The notes below the pieces were generated by a model that had not been told where the DNA came from, did not search any database, and saw nothing but the letters and a program-made list of their open reading frames with translations. A stretch of DNA of 64,000 nt from Pristiophorus japonicus (lineage: Eukaryota), in NCBI RefSeq assembly GCF_044704955.1, contig NC_091995.1, forward strand, positions 99,076,001-99,140,000. Direction: 5' to 3'. Positions 33,900 through 47,799 of the stretch are shown here, piece by piece (position 1 is the first letter of the stretch; each line of letters opens with the position of its first letter). The translations under genes were made by a program, and so were the position numbers.

Positions 33900-35330
33900 T
33901 GTAAGGGGTTTTCCACAGGGTTGTTGTTGTGCCTTGGGTGTCTCTCTCTGGGCTTCTGCCCTCACAGCTTATGCCTGGCCTGTGAGGTACCCTGAGTGCT
34001 GCAAGAGCACCCCTGGAGAGACTGTGTCCACAGCTTATGAAGGGGGTTTTGAGACTCGTGCGTCCCCACAGCTTATGCCTAGCCTGTGAGGCACCTGTGA
34101 GTGTCAAACACTCCTAACCCCTTCTTCCCTAGCCTGTGACACACAGTTGAGCGTTTTCGAGGCGCTCCTAGCTTCCCTTACACGGTTCTGACATAAGACT
34201 CACAATCAGGAGATGTAATACAATAGAACTGAAACAAGGTGATTCCAAGAGGAACTTTAGGCTTCCAATTTATTTGGCAAGGTGTAACACAACAAACAGC
34301 AATACACCAACAAAACAATCCCCCTAAATCCCACTAAATGGACACAACGAAAATCTTTACACCAGTTTAGCAGTACAATGCCCAACCTCCCACCTTTCCT
34401 GGCCTAACTGAGTTGGGAGTTCTGGGGACCAGAGGTTATACTCACTACTGTGCCTTCCGCAGTCTGGTGGTTTGTTTCTTCTATCTTCAGTGTCTTCGGA
34501 CACTGGTTTTCCTTCAGTGTCGAGAGGCCTGTGGTTGTGTTTGTTGAATCACGAGGGCAGGGAAAATCATCACTCCTCTATACCACTACCTCAGAAACCC
34601 CTTTTTTTATAGCCAGATGTGCACTTTAGGATTTCAAACTTTCTGGTAGATAGTTCCAAATTAAATTCCCTTTCCTATGAGTCCAAACACTGGGGGGGGT
34701 CTCCATTCAATGTGTCCCAAAGTTTTCCTTCCATCGGTTTCAATTCACAGCACAGACTGATCCCACAGCCCTTTTCCTTCTGGGTAAAATGAAGGGGTTT
34801 TCGTCCTCCCCTACAGCCGGCAACCAATGTCCGTCCTCGCTCGGCTGCACACGGCCTGGGTCCCATGCAGCCGCCCAACGGCGCTGCGGTTCAAATCACC
34901 GCGCATGCGCGTGACGATTGGGCCATTAACGGGGTCGCTCACAGTATTCGTTTAGCAGAAACATTGCAACCAACCCTCCGAGAACTCTGCGTTCCTCCAA
35001 CTCAGGCCTTGTGTACATCCCCTCGTCCCCTCGGAGCCGATCACCCTCACCCCCTCACCCCCTCCCCCTTAAGGTGCTGACCACCCCCCCCGGCTGAGGC
35101 AGATTCACAGACACCAGCTGGTCTCCCCATTTCAACCAAGAAGTCCTTCCCTGTCAACCTGCATCTGCGCATGGACATATATGCTAATAACTTGGGACGA
35201 AAACTATTTTGGGTAGTGGAATATTATGAAGGAATTCTCACTAATTGCCCTGTTTTTTTTTCCCTCTCCTTGAACTCCACACCCTTAGGTCCTCTCACTC
35301 TACCCCTCCCGACACCCTCCCTCTGCTACA
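33900..35330 (-). mobile_element. Probable long solo LTR (about 1.4 kb)
   Basis: TGTA...TACA termini; on - strand TATAAAA at about 34610 followed by AATAAA at about 34272. No matching TSD found. Confidence 0.45.
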
Positions 35331-35398
35331 CGTACACACGTCCTGGAAGGTGGCAGGGAAAGTTGGAAAAGCTGTTGAAATACTTTGGGGATCCTGGG

Positions 35399-38300
35399 TG
35401 TCATGTATGTAACCAAATGTAACACCACTGCATTACTGTATACACTCAACCTAGATGCACACCTTGACCACAAGGGGTGAACTTGTGGGAGACACTCCTT
35501 ACCTGATCACTCAGGTATAAAAAGGAAGGTCCCACGCAGAGACTGTCTTTAGAGTCCTGTGAATAAAGAGTTCAGGTGACCTTATCCCCAGAATGTGCCT
35601 CGTGTGGTTTCATACTTTACATTGGCGAGGAGAAACGGGAATTCGCGACCCACGAGAATGGCCACCAGTAGCACAGAGGAACGGTACTGTGTTGGGGAAG
35701 ACTGGGACGATTTTGTCGAGAGGCTTCAGCAAAGCTTCGTAACTAAAGACTGGCTGGGGGATGCAGCGGTCGACAAGCAACGGGCTCATCTCCTGACCAG
35801 CTGCGGGCCAAAGACTTACGCGCTCATGAAGGACTTACTAGCACCCGAAAAGCCGGCAGACAAAACCTTTGAAGAACTTAGCAAATTGATCGGGGAGCAC
35901 CTCAAACCGGCGAGCAGCGTACACATGGCCCGACACAGATTCTACACCCACCGACGTCGTGAAGGACAGAGCATACCGGACTTCGTAGCGGACCTCCGGC
36001 GTTTGGCCAGCCTCTGTAAGTTCACAGACGCCTGCAGGGGGGAGATGCTAAGGGACTTCTTCATCGAGGGTATCGGTCATGCGGGAATTTTTCCCAAATT
36101 AATTGAGACCAAGGATTTGACCTTGGAAGCGGCGGCGTTGATGGCTCAAACTTTCATGGCGGGGGAGGAAGAGACAAAAATAATATACGCGCTCAATTCT
36201 GCCTCTAACGCGGCAATGGATCAGGGAGTCAACATCATCAATGCGACTCAGAGCCCCGCAGGCAGGCAGGGATAGTCTGAAGCAATAGACCCCAGAGCAG
36301 GACTTCAACAGAGACAATGGCAGGCTGAACGGACGTTCATGCCATCACAGTGGACAATGCAGCCTGGGATGGGGCCATTGACACCCACTAATAGGGTACC
36401 GGTACTTAAGAGCAGTCAAAGGGACAGTCAGCATGGAATGCCTGGCCATAGTCCCTTTGTTCCCAACAATGGAAACTTTAACTCATGCTGGAGGTGTGGG
36501 GGAAAACACTCAGCCAGATCTTGCAGATTTCAACAGTTTGTCCGCAGAAACTGCAATCTCAGTGGCCATTTAGCTCGAATGTGTAGAAAACCTACAACCA
36601 GACTGATATATGAGACAGAGAGACCAGAAGAGGGTTCTTTGAGGCAGGATGACTTTTGGGGCAAATCGATGGACGCCGAGGTTCAGTGGGTCCATGTGGC
36701 GAATATTCACAGTTCATACACCAAAACTCCACCAATGATGATGAGGGTTTTATTAAATGGTATCCCCGTACACATGGAGCTGGACACTGGGGCCAGCCAG
36801 TCACTCATGGGCGTTCAGCAATTCGAGAAGCTATGGCCACTTAAAGCCAGTAGACCCAAATTAGCACGTGTTGACACACAATTACGGACTTACACCAAAG
36901 AAATCATTCCGGTGCTAGGCAGTACAATGTTGGCGGTCACACACAATGGGTTAGTGAACCGGCTGCCACTCTGGATTGTCCCGGGCAATGGTCCCGCACT
37001 GTTGGGGAGGAGCTGGTTAGCCGAGTTGAACTGGAAATGGGAGGGGGATGTTCACACAATGTCATCTGTGGAGTGAAGTTCATGCTCACAAGTCCTACAA
37101 CAATTCGATTCACTATTCCAACCTGGCGTCGGGACTTTCAAAGGCACTAAAGTAGTGATACACATCACCCCAGACGCCAGGCCAGTGCACCACAAAGCCA
37201 GAGCGGTGCCGTATGTGATGCGGGAAAAGATCGAGAGCGAATTGGACCGGCTGTTGCGAGAGGGCATCATCTCGCCTGTTGAATTCAGCGACTGGGCGAG
37301 CCCCATCGTTCCCGTCCTAAAAGTGGATGGTTCTGTCAGGATCTGTGGCGACTACAAGGCCACCATCAATCGGGTGTCCCTACAAGACCAATACCCGCTC
37401 CCGAGAGCGGAGGATCTTTTCGCCTCGCTGGCAGGCGGCAAGCTGTTCACCAAGTTGGACCTCACTTCAGCCTAAATGACCCAGGAACTGGCCGACGAAT
37501 CCAAACTACTGACCACCATCACCATGCACAAGGGACTGTTCGTTTATAACAGGTGCCCGTTTGGCATTCGATCAGCGGCCGCGATTTTTCAACGAAACAT
37601 GGAAAGCCTGCTTAAATCCATTCCTGGTACGATCGTATTCCAGGATGACATCCTCATCAGGGGTCAGGACACCGAGGAACACCTCCACAACCTGGAGGAG
37701 GTGCTATGCTGACTGGACCGGGTAGGCCTGTGACTCAAGAAGTCTAAATGTGTGTTCTTAGCTCCTGAGGTTGAGTTTCTGGGCAGGAGGGTTGCTGCAG
37801 ATGGGATTCGGCCCACCGAATCCAAAACAGAGGCGATTCGACGAGCACCCAGACTGGCAACACATCAGAGTTGCGTTCATTCCTGGGACTGTTAAACTAT
37901 TTTGGGAACTTTCTGCCGAACTTGAACACGTTATTGGAGCCGCTACACATGCTCCTGCGTAAGGGTTGTGATTGGTTTTGGGGGGACTGTCAGGAACGGG
38001 CTTTTGTTCGGGCGCGAACCTACTCTGTTCAAACAAGTTGCTGACCCTGTACGACCCCTGTAAAAAATTGGTTCTGACATGTGATGCATCATCCTATGGG
38101 GTTTGGTGCGTGTTGCAGCAGGGTAATGCTGAGGGTCAACTACAACCTGTGGCTTATGCCTCCAGGTCGCTCTCTCAAGCAGAACGGGGATATGGGATGG
38201 TCGAGAAGGAAGCGCTTGCATGTGTCTATGGTGTAAAAAAAATGCAACAGTACTTATTTGGTAGGAAGTTTGAATTAGAGACGGACCACAAGCCATTAAC

Positions 38301-41300
38301 ATCCTTGTTGTCAGACAGCAAGGCTGTTAATGCCAACGCATCAGCTCGCATACAGCGATGGGCTCTCACGCTAGCTGCTTATGACTACTCCACCCGGCAC
38401 CAGCCTGGCACTGAAAGTTGCACTGACGTGCTCAGCAGGCTTCCACTGGCCACCACTGAGGGGGCAGCGGAGCAAAGCGCCGAGATGGTCATGGCTGTCG
38501 ATGCCTTTGACAGCACAGGCTCCCCCATCACAGCCCGCCAGATCAAAATCTGGACCAACAGAGATCCCCTCCTATCCCTGATTAAGAAATGTGTCCTGAC
38601 TGGGGATTGGGCGCCCGCACACGGAGCATGCCCTGAGGAGGTCAGACCATTCCACAGGCGGATGGATGAGCTCTCCATCCAAGCCGATTGCCTACTATGG
38701 GGCAGCCGGGTTGTTATGCCCCAGAAGGGCAAGGAGGCATTCATCAGGGAACTCCACAGCGAGCACCCAGGCATTGTGATGATGAAGGCTATTGCCTGGT
38801 CACATGTTTGGTGGCCTGGAATTGATTCAGACCTGGAACACTGTGTTCGCAGGTGCACGACGTGTGCCCAGCTGGGTAATGCCCCCAGGGAGGCCCCGCT
38901 CAGCCCGTGGCCCTGGCCCACCAGGCCATGGTCATGCATTTATGTTGACTACGCGGGCCCGTTCATGGGTAAGATGTTGCTTATTGTGGTGCATGCATAC
39001 TTGAAATGGATCGAGTGCAATCATTCTGAATTCATGCATGTCATCCACCACCGTGGAAAGCCTACGTGTGATCTTTGCAACCCATGGCTTGCTGGATATC
39101 CTGGTTAGTGACAATGGCCCATGTTTCACAAGCTACGAATTCCGAGAGTTTATGTCGGGCAATGGCATCAACCATGTCAGGACTGCGCCGTTCAAGCCGG
39201 CCTCCAATGGCCAGGCGGAACTGGCAGTCAAATCATTAAGCAAGGTATGCTCAAGATTAAAGGGCCCTCCCTACAATGCCGCCTATCGCGCCTCCTACTG
39301 GCCTATAGATCCTGACCGCACTCGCCAGATAGGGAATGGAAGACCAGCAGGAAGAGCAGTGCAAGGAAGGTAGTGCAGGGGTCCCCTGTGGTCATCCCCC
39401 TGCAAAACAGATACACTGCTTTGAGTACTGTTGAGGGGGATGACTCATCAGGGGAGGGCAGCAGCAGCCAAGTTCATGGCACCGTGGCTGGCTCTGTTGC
39501 ACAGGAGGGCAGGAAAAAGAGTGGGAGAGCGATAGTGATAGGGGATTCGATTGTAAGGGGAATAGATAGGCATTTCTGCGGCCGCAACCGAGACTCCAGG
39601 ATGGTATGTTGCCTCCCTGGTGCAAGGGTCAAGGATGTCTCAGAGCGGGTGCAGGACATTCTGAAAAGGGAGGGTGAACAGCCAGTTGTCGTGGTGCACA
39701 TTGGTACCAACGATATAGGTAAAAAAATGGATGAGGTCCTACGAGACGAATTTAAGGAGCTAGGAGCTAAATTAAAATGTAGGACCTCAAAAGTAGTAAT
39801 CTCGGGATTGCTACCAGTGCCACGAGCTAGTCAGAGTAGGAATCACAGGATAGCGCAGATGAATACGTGGCTTGAGCAGTGGTGCAGCAGGGAGGGATTC
39901 AAATTCCTGGGGCATTGGGACCGGTTCTGGGGGAGGTGGGACCAGTACAAACCGGACGGTCTGCACCTGGGCAGGACCGGAACCAATGTCCTAGGGGGAG
40001 TGTTTGCTAGTGCTGTTGGGGAGGATTTAAACTAATATGGCAGGGGGATGGGAACCAATGCAGGGAGACAGAGGGAAACAAAAAGGAGACAAAAGCAAAA
40101 GACAGAAAGGAGATGAGTAAAAGTGGAGGGCAGAGAAACCCAAGGCAAAAAACAAAAAAGGCCACTGAATATAAAGGGGCTGCAGGAGGGGTCAAAACTA
40201 AAAATCATGGTTTGAAAACTAGTATTAAAACACTCTACCTAAATGCACGCAGCATTCGAAATAAAGTAAATGAGTTGACGGCACAAATCATTACAAATGG
40301 GTATGATTTGGTGGCCATTACAGAAACGTGATTGCAGGGTGACCAAAACTAGGAATTAAACATACAGGGGTATCTGACGATTCGGAAAGATAGACAAGAA
40401 GGGAAAGGAGGTGGGGTAGCTCTGTTAATAAAGGATGATATCAGGGCAGTTGTGAGAGACGATATTGGCTCTAATGAACAAAATGTTGAATCATTGTGGG
40501 TGGAGATTAGAGATAGTAAGGGGAAAAAGTCACTGGTGGGTGTAGTTTATAGGCCCCCAAATAATAACTTCACGGTGGGGCGGACAATAATCAAGGGAAT
40601 AATGGAGGCATGTGAAAAAGGAACGGCAGTAATCATGGGGGATTTTAACCTACATATCGATTGGTCAAATCAAATCGCACGAGGTAGCCTGGAGGAGGAA
40701 TTCATAGAATGCATACGGGATTGTTTCTTAGAACAGTATGTTACAGAACCTACAAGGGAGCAAGCTATCTTAGACCTGGTCCTGTGTAATGAGACAGGAA
40801 TAATAAACGATCTCCTTGTAAAAGATTCTCTCGGAATGAGTGATCACAGTATGGTTGAATTTGTAATACAGATTCAGGGTGAGGAAGTAGTGAGGAAGTA
40901 GTGTCTCAAACTAGCGTACTATGCTTAAACAAAGGGGACTACAGTGGGATGAGGGCAGAGTTGGCTAAAGTAGACTGGAAACACAGACTAAATGGTGGCA
41001 CAATTGAGGAACAGTGGAGGACTTTTAAGGAGCTCTTTCAAAGTGCTCAACAAAAATATATTCCAGTGAAAAAGAAGGGCGGTAAGAGAAGGGATAACTA
41101 GCCGTGGATAACCAAGGAAATAAAGGAGAGTATCAAATTAAAAACCCAATGTGTATAGTGGGAAAATAGAAGATTGGGAAAGTTTTAAACGACAGCAAAG
41201 AATGACTAAGAAAGCAATAAAGAAAGGAAAGATAGATTACGCAGGTAAACATAAAAACGGATAGTAAAAGCTTTTACAGATATATAAAATGGAAAAGAGT

Positions 41301-43925
41301 GACTAAAGTAAATATGGGTCCCTTAGACGATGAGAAGGGGGATTTAATAATGGGAAATGTGGAAATGGCTGAGACCTTAAACAATTATTTTGCTTCGGTC
41401 TTCACAGTGGAAGACACAAAAACCATGCCAAAAATTGCTGGTCACAGGAATGTGGGCAGGGAGGACCTTGAGACAATCACTATCACTAGCAGGGTAGTGC
41501 TGGACAGGCTAATGGGACTCAAGGTAGACAAGTCCCCTGGTCCTGATGAAATGCATCCCAGAGTATTAAAAGAGATGGCAGAAGTTATAGCAGATGTATT
41601 CGTTATAATCTACCAAAATTCTCTGGACTCTGGGGAGGTACCAGCAGATTGGAAAGCAGCTAATGTAACGCCTCTGTTTAAAAAAGGGGGCAGACAAAAG
41701 GCAGGTAACTATAGGCTGGTTAGTTTAACATCTGTAGTGGGGAAAATGCTTGAAACTATCAATAAGGAAGAAATAGCGGGACATCTAGATAGCAATAGTG
41801 CAATCAAGCAGACGCAACATGGATTCATGAAGGGGAAATCATGTTTAACTAATTTACTGGAATTCTTTGAGGATATAACGAGCATGGTGGATAGAGGTGT
41901 ACCGATGGATGTGGTGTATTTAGATTTCCAAAAGGCATTCGATAAGGTGCCACACAAAAGGTTACTGCAGAAGATAAAGGTACGCGGAGTCAGAGGAAAT
42001 GTATTGGCATGGATAAGAATTGGCTGGCTAACAGAAAGCAGAGAGTTGGGATAAATGGGTCCTTTTCGGGTTGGAAATCGGTGGTTAGTGGTGTGCTACA
42101 GGGATTGGTGTTGGGACCACAACTGTTTACAATATACATAGATGACCTGGAAGAGGGGACAGAGTGTAGTGTAACAAAATTTGCAGATGACACAAAGATT
42201 AGTGGGAAAGCGGGTTGTGTAGAGGACACAGAGAGGCTGCAAAGAGATTTAGATAGGTTAAGCGAATGGGCGAAGGTTTGGCAGATGGAATACAATGTCG
42301 GAAAGTGTGAGGTCATCCACCTTGGGGAAAAAAAACAGTAAAAGGGAATATTATTTGAATGGGGAGAAATTACAACATGCTGTGGTGCAGAGGGACCTGG
42401 GGGTCCTTGTGCATGAATCCCAAAAAGTTAGTTTGCAGGTGCAGCAGGTAATCAGGAAGGCGAATGGAATGTTGGCCTTCATTGCGAGAGGGATGGAGTA
42501 CAAAAGCAGGGAGGTCCTTCTGCAACTGTATAGGGTATTGGTGAGGCCGTACCTGGAGTACTGCGTGCAGTTTTGGTCACCTTACTTAAGGAAGGATATA
42601 CTAGCTTTGGAGGGGGTACAGAGACGATTCACTCAGCTGATTCTGGAGATGAGGGGGTTACCTTATGATGATAAATTAAGTAGACTGGGTCTTTACTCGT
42701 TGGAGTTCAGAAGGATGAGGGGTGATCTTATAGAAACATTTAAAATAATGAAAGGGATAGACAAGATCGAGGCAGCGAGGTTGTTACCACTGGTCGGGGA
42801 GACTAGAACTAGGGGGCACAGCCTCAAAATATGGGGAAGCTAATTTAAAACCGAGTTAAGAAGGAATTTCTTCTCCCAGAGGATTGTGAATCTGTGGAAT
42901 TCTCTGCCCAAGGAAGCAGTTGAGGCTGGTTCATTGAATGTATTCAAGTCACAGATAGATAGATTTTTAACCAATAAGGGAATTAAGGGTTATGGGGAGC
43001 GGGCGGGTAAGTGGAGCTGAGTCCACGGCCAGATCATCCATGATCTTGTTGAATGGCGGAGCAGGCTCGAGGGGCTAGATGGCCTACTCCTGTTCCTAAT
43101 TCTTATGTTCTTATGTTCGCTCACGGGGGTCCCGCCCGCAGAGCTACTAGTGAAACGGACACTCAAAACTCGGTTGTCCCTCATTCACCCAGTCCTGACC
43201 GACATAGTTGAGGGCAAGCGCAAGTCACAAAACGAGTACCATGACCGTAATGCGAGGGGGAGATGTATAGAGATAAATGATCCTGTATTCGTTCTCAATC
43301 ACGCCATGGGGCCCAAATGGCTTGAGGGCACTGTAATTAACAAAGAGGGGAATAGGGTCATCGTGGTAAAACTCAACAATGGTCAGATATGCCATAAGCA
43401 TCTGGACCAAGTAAAAAAAAAAGGTTCAGCACCGACATGGAGGAACCTGAAGAAGACCATGAGATGGAGCTCACACCACCACCAGTGAACGAGCAACAAG
43501 AGCAGTCAGAAGAATGCACAGTCCCTGCGGTCAGCCCGGACAGGCCGGAATCACCACAGGTGCAGACACTCACATCAGTGTCCAACAACCAGAGCCCCAA
43601 CTGCGGCGCTCCACGAGGGAGCGCAGACCACCTGAAAACTAAACCCATGATTCCAATAAGACTTTGTGGGGGGAGGTGATGTCATGTATGTAACCACAAT
43701 GTAACACCACTGTATTACTGTAGACACTCAATCTAGATGCACACCTTGACCACAAGGGGTGAACTTGTGGGAGACACTCCTTACCTGATCACTCAGGTAT
43801 AAAAAGGGAGGTCCCACACAGGGACTGTCTTTGGAGTCCTGTTAATAAAGAGTTCAGGTCACAGAGTGACCTTATCCCCAGAATGTGCCTCGTGTGGTTT
43901 CATACTGTAGAGTAAGGACTTTACA
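35399..43925 (+). mobile_element. Gypsy/Ty3 LTR retrotransposon (Mag/K02A2.6-like), decayed, with a CR1 inserted in the integrase
   Basis: LTRs at 35399-35621 and 43680-43925 (TG..CA); TSD CTGGG at 35394-35398 and 43926-43930; PBS TGGCGAGGAG (tRNA-Ser-like); PPT. Gag, protease (LDTGA), RT, RNaseH and integrase fragments. Confidence 0.96.
39326..43116 (+). mobile_element. CR1 LINE: ORF1 SGNH esterase domain (39373-40035) and disrupted APE-RT ORF2
   Basis: IVIGDSIVRG..CLPGA..HIGTND..DGLHL; YLNARSI, MGDFN, SDH, YLDFQKAFD, FADD. Tail ttcttatg repeats; TCGC duplicated at both junctions. Confidence 0.95.
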
Positions 43926-44535
43926 CTGGGCTTTATAACTGGAGGAACAGAATACAAAGATAAGGAAGTCCTGCTAAATCTTTAGAAAACACGGGTTCGG
44001 CCCCAGCTGGAGTATTGTGTCCAATTCTGGGCACCGCACTTTATGAAGGATGTGAAGGCCTTAGAGAGGGTGTTGGGAAGATTTACGAGAATGGTTCCAG
44101 GGATGAGGGACTTCAGTTACGGGGATAGACTGGAGAAGCTGGGGTTGTTCTCCTTGGAGCAGAGAAGATTGAGAGGAGATTTGATCGAGGTGTTCAAAAT
44201 CATGAGGGGTCTGGACAGAGTGAATAAGGAGAAAGCGTTTCCAGGGGCTGTAACCAGAGGGACACAGATTTAAGGTGATTGGCAGAGAGGAGAGGAGGAG
44301 AATGTGTTTACGCAGCGAGTTGTTGTGATCGGGAACGCGCTGCCTGAAAGGGCGGTGGGAGCAGATTCAATCGTAACTTTCAAATGGAGAATTAGATAAA
44401 TACTTTATGGGAAACAAGTTACAGGACAATGGGGAAAGAGCGGGGGGAGTGGGACTGATGGGATTGCTCTGTCACAGAGCCGGCACAGGCTCGATGGGCT
44501 GAATGGCCTCCTCCTGTGCTGTGTGATTCGACGAT
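43926..44535 (+). mobile_element. Older CR1 3' fragment; its 5' part lies at 35331-35398, split by the Gypsy element
   Basis: Left flank ..aaggtggcagg..aaagctgtt..ggggatcctggg joins ctttataact..gaatacaaa..ctggagtattgtgtccaattctgg. Confidence 0.85.
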
Positions 44536-44984
44536 TTTATCACCACCGTTTCTGATGTTGCCCCTCTGTCCCGGGCACTGTCGGTAGATCGGTGGTGATT
44601 GCAAGCCTGACTTCACTCGTTACTTCCGTCTGTAGCTGAGAAAGGGTGGGGAACAACAACCCAAAAATAGCTTGTGTGAAACATCGAGAGGAACTGAGCG
44701 AGGAGCTGGGAGGGAGATGGTTCGTGGATTAACACACACCCCACCCAGCAACACAAGACTGCTCCCTTCAAATACTTTTGGAGTGAGCTTGAGGACCATT
44801 ATTTAAGCTGACTCAGAACGTCTCGATTTGTTGTTACACCATTGTCTCCTGGCCCGCCCTCTCACATGACGCAGATGTGAGAGTCATAAACTGAACTGTG
44901 TGCTCAAGGCTGACTAAACCTGACTGACCAGTCCTGATCATGAGAAAAATCCCCTGACACTTAGTTTCCTCGTTCCAGGACATC

Positions 44985-45310
44985 AACAACAACTTGCATT
45001 GATATAGCGCCTTTAACACAGTAAAACGTCCCATGGTGCTTCACAGCAGCAGAAATTGACACCGAGCAGCAAAAGGAGACATTAGGGCAAAAGCTGGGTC
45101 AAAGTTGTAGGTTTTAAAGAACACCTTAAAGGAGAGAGAGGTGGAGAGGTTTGGGCAGGGAGGTGCAGAGCTTGGGGCCCAGGCAACAGAAGGCACGGCC
45201 ACCGATGGTGGGGTGCTCAAGAGGTCAGAATTGGAGGAGCGCAGAGATCTCGGGGGGTTGTGGGGCTGGAGGAGGTGACAGAGATAGGGAGGGGGTGAGG
45301 CCACGGAGGG
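44985..45310 (-). mobile_element. L2-clade LINE 3' end
   Basis: Same family as 20640-21395 (PPYLC.LLQPHNPPRSLRSSNS). Confidence 0.75.
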
Positions 45311-45787
45311 ATGATCACACTCCAAACGGGTGTTAGGGATGAGTTTGCAGTTGTTCTGAACGACACTGCTGGGTTAGGGGTTGATGGACCCGTGGCAGGC
45401 ATTTTGAACACTGCGTTTCAGCGAAGGTGGATTTAATGGCAGAGGTCCCGAGGGGTAGAAAGTGTATGAAATGGAAGTGACGCACTGGGGTAGATTTTAT
45501 TGTGCTCGTACAGGAGCCGCATGCAACCCATGGAATGATCTACCCTCGAGGTCTGAGCTGACACCTGAGCTGCAGAAGAGACTATTATGGGATGTGCTGG
45601 GTAGGGTGTCAGACGTGAGATACCCGACAGTGTCTTTTGTTCTCTGTGCACGAAAGACACAGGAATGTTAGAATATAAAAAACCTCAAGAATGCACAATG
45701 CACTCTGCCATCAGGATGCTTATCTCTGATCTCACCTCCTTCTGATAAAGGACTTACATAGAATTACATGGGATATAAGAACATAAC

Positions 45788-45997
45788 ATAAGTATGTATG
45801 CAAACCTCACCAATGTGTAAGACTTGCCACCAGGGGGCACACCTGTGGGAGACCTAAGGGTCACCTGTGCACCCTGGGCAAGCAGGTATAAAAGGCAGTC
45901 TATCATGCTGCTTCCTCACTCTGGAGTTACATTAAAGAGACCAAGGTCACAATGGTTTGAGCTTACAACAGTCTTGTGGAGTTATTCTGAACTTAAT
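45788..45997 (+). mobile_element. Short Gypsy-type solo LTR containing a CTCF consensus, at a CR1 tail
   Basis: Shares landmarks with the neighbouring Gypsy LTRs (atgtatg, tgtgggagac, caggtataaaagg, [a/t]taaagag, ggtcaca); CCACCAGGGGGCAC at 45827-45840. Confidence 0.65.
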
Positions 45998-46830
45998 AAT
46001 AAGAATACAAGAAATAGGAGCAGGAGTAGGCCATATAGCCCCTTGAGCCTGCTCCACCATTCAATAAGATCATGGCTGATCTGATCATGGACTCAGCTCC
46101 ACTTCCCTGCCCGCTCCCCATAACCCCTTATCCCCTTATTGTTTAAGAAACTGTCTATTTCTGTCTTAAATTTATTCAATGTCCCGGCTTCCACAGCTCT
46201 CTGAGGCAGCGAATTCCACAGATTTACAACCCTCAGAGAGAAGAAATTCCCCCTCATCTCAGTTTTAAATGGGTGGCCCCTTATTCTAAGATCATGCCCT
46301 CTAGTTCTAGTCTCCCCCATCAGAGGAAACATCCTCTCTGCATCCACCTTGTCGAGCCCCCTCATAATCTTATACGTTTCGATAAGATCACCTCTCATTC
46401 TTCTGAATTCCAATGAGTAGAGGTCCAACCTCCTCAACCTTTCCTCATAAGTCAACCCCCTCATCCCCGAATCAACCTAGTGAACCTTCTCTGAACTGCC
46501 TCCAAAGCAAGTATATCCTTTCGTAAACATGGAAACCAAAACTGCACGCAGTATTCCAGGTGTGACCTCACCAATACCTTGTATAGCTGTAGCAAGACTT
46601 CCCTGCTTTTATACTTCATCCCCTTTGTAATAAAGGCCAAGATACCTTTGGCCTTCCTGATCACTTGCTGTACCTGCATACTATCCTTTTGTGTTTCATG
46701 CACAAGTACCCCCCAGGTCCCGCTGTACTGCAGCACTTTGCAATCTTTCTCCATTTAAATAATAATTTGCTCTTTGATTTTTTCTGCCAAAGTGCATGAC
46801 CTCACACTTTCCGACATTATACTCCATCTG
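45998..46830 (-). mobile_element. CR1 LINE 3' fragment (same family as 1048-2072)
   Basis: RT C-terminal motifs LEYCVQFW and RRMRGDLIETYKI; 3' UTR. Confidence 0.92.
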
Positions 46831-47047
46831 CAGCACAGAAAGAGGCCATTCAGCCCAATTGGTTCATGTCGGTGTTCATGCTCCCCACGAGTCTCCTCCA
46901 CCTTTACATCATCTCATCCTGTCAGCACCTTTGTGTCTTTCCTCCCTGGTGCACTTATCTTACTTCCCCTTAAACATATCATTGTTTTATTCCACTCAAG
47001 CACAACAGGAGTCAGATGGAGAATTTCACCATAAACCAGAGCAATGA

Positions 47048-47290
47048 ACATCATCATCATCATAGGTGGTCCCTCGAACGAGGATGACTTGCTTCCATGA
47101 GTTCATAGATGTTTCAGTGAAGGACCCAATGTTCCAGTCCTGAACTCCAGTTGAAGGGTGGAAAATGCCTGTGTGTGGACTTTTTAATGTCAGGTGACCG
47201 TTGCACACCAGCCACCACACGGGCTTGACAGAGCGAGGTCTTGGTCCAGTGGCAAGGGTTAACCAGGACGACTGGAGACCTGCTCTGCTG
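47048..47290 (-). mobile_element. Short retroposon with an RTE-type 3' tail
   Basis: tggaagcaagtcatcctcgttcgagggaccacctatgatgatgatg on -, matching the RTE tails at about 54230 and 57520. Confidence 0.6.
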
Positions 47291-47799
47291 CATGGACCCA
47301 GTGCGCCCACATATCGCACAGTGTGGGCTGGGCCCCTGCTGCCCCTGGGCCCTCGGCTCTTCTGGGCCCCGTACCCTCATCTGTCGCACCTCCGCCACAA
47401 TCTCTCGCTGCATCTCGCCACAAACACTCGCTGCTCATCCGCCCCGGCCTTCCCACTCCTCTGTACCTGGGCCCTGCCAATGTTCCTGCCCATACGCCAA
47501 TACAACGACCAGGGCTTTGATGACGTCAGCCAGTCGCCCATCTCAGAATCGTCACACACTTGGAGCAGCTTGCGCTGCAATGAACAATGCATGGAAAAAA
47601 TATCAATAACTTCAAAAAGTGCTCTGCTGCCCAACAGGTTCCTGAGCATTAACTCAGAACATGTCATGTGGAAAGGTGCACATGCCACAGGCTCAGCGGC
47701 TTGTTGTATCCGCCAGGGTGGAACTCAGCCTACCCACCGGAAAAATCCCAGCTTTCATTTCAGGTCTGTACTGAGTTAGGGCATGGGAACACCACCACC

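Noticed and set aside
39373-40035. Stand-alone SGNH esterase gene inside a Gypsy element
   Set aside because: It is CR1 ORF1, contiguous with CR1 ORF2; not a captured gene.
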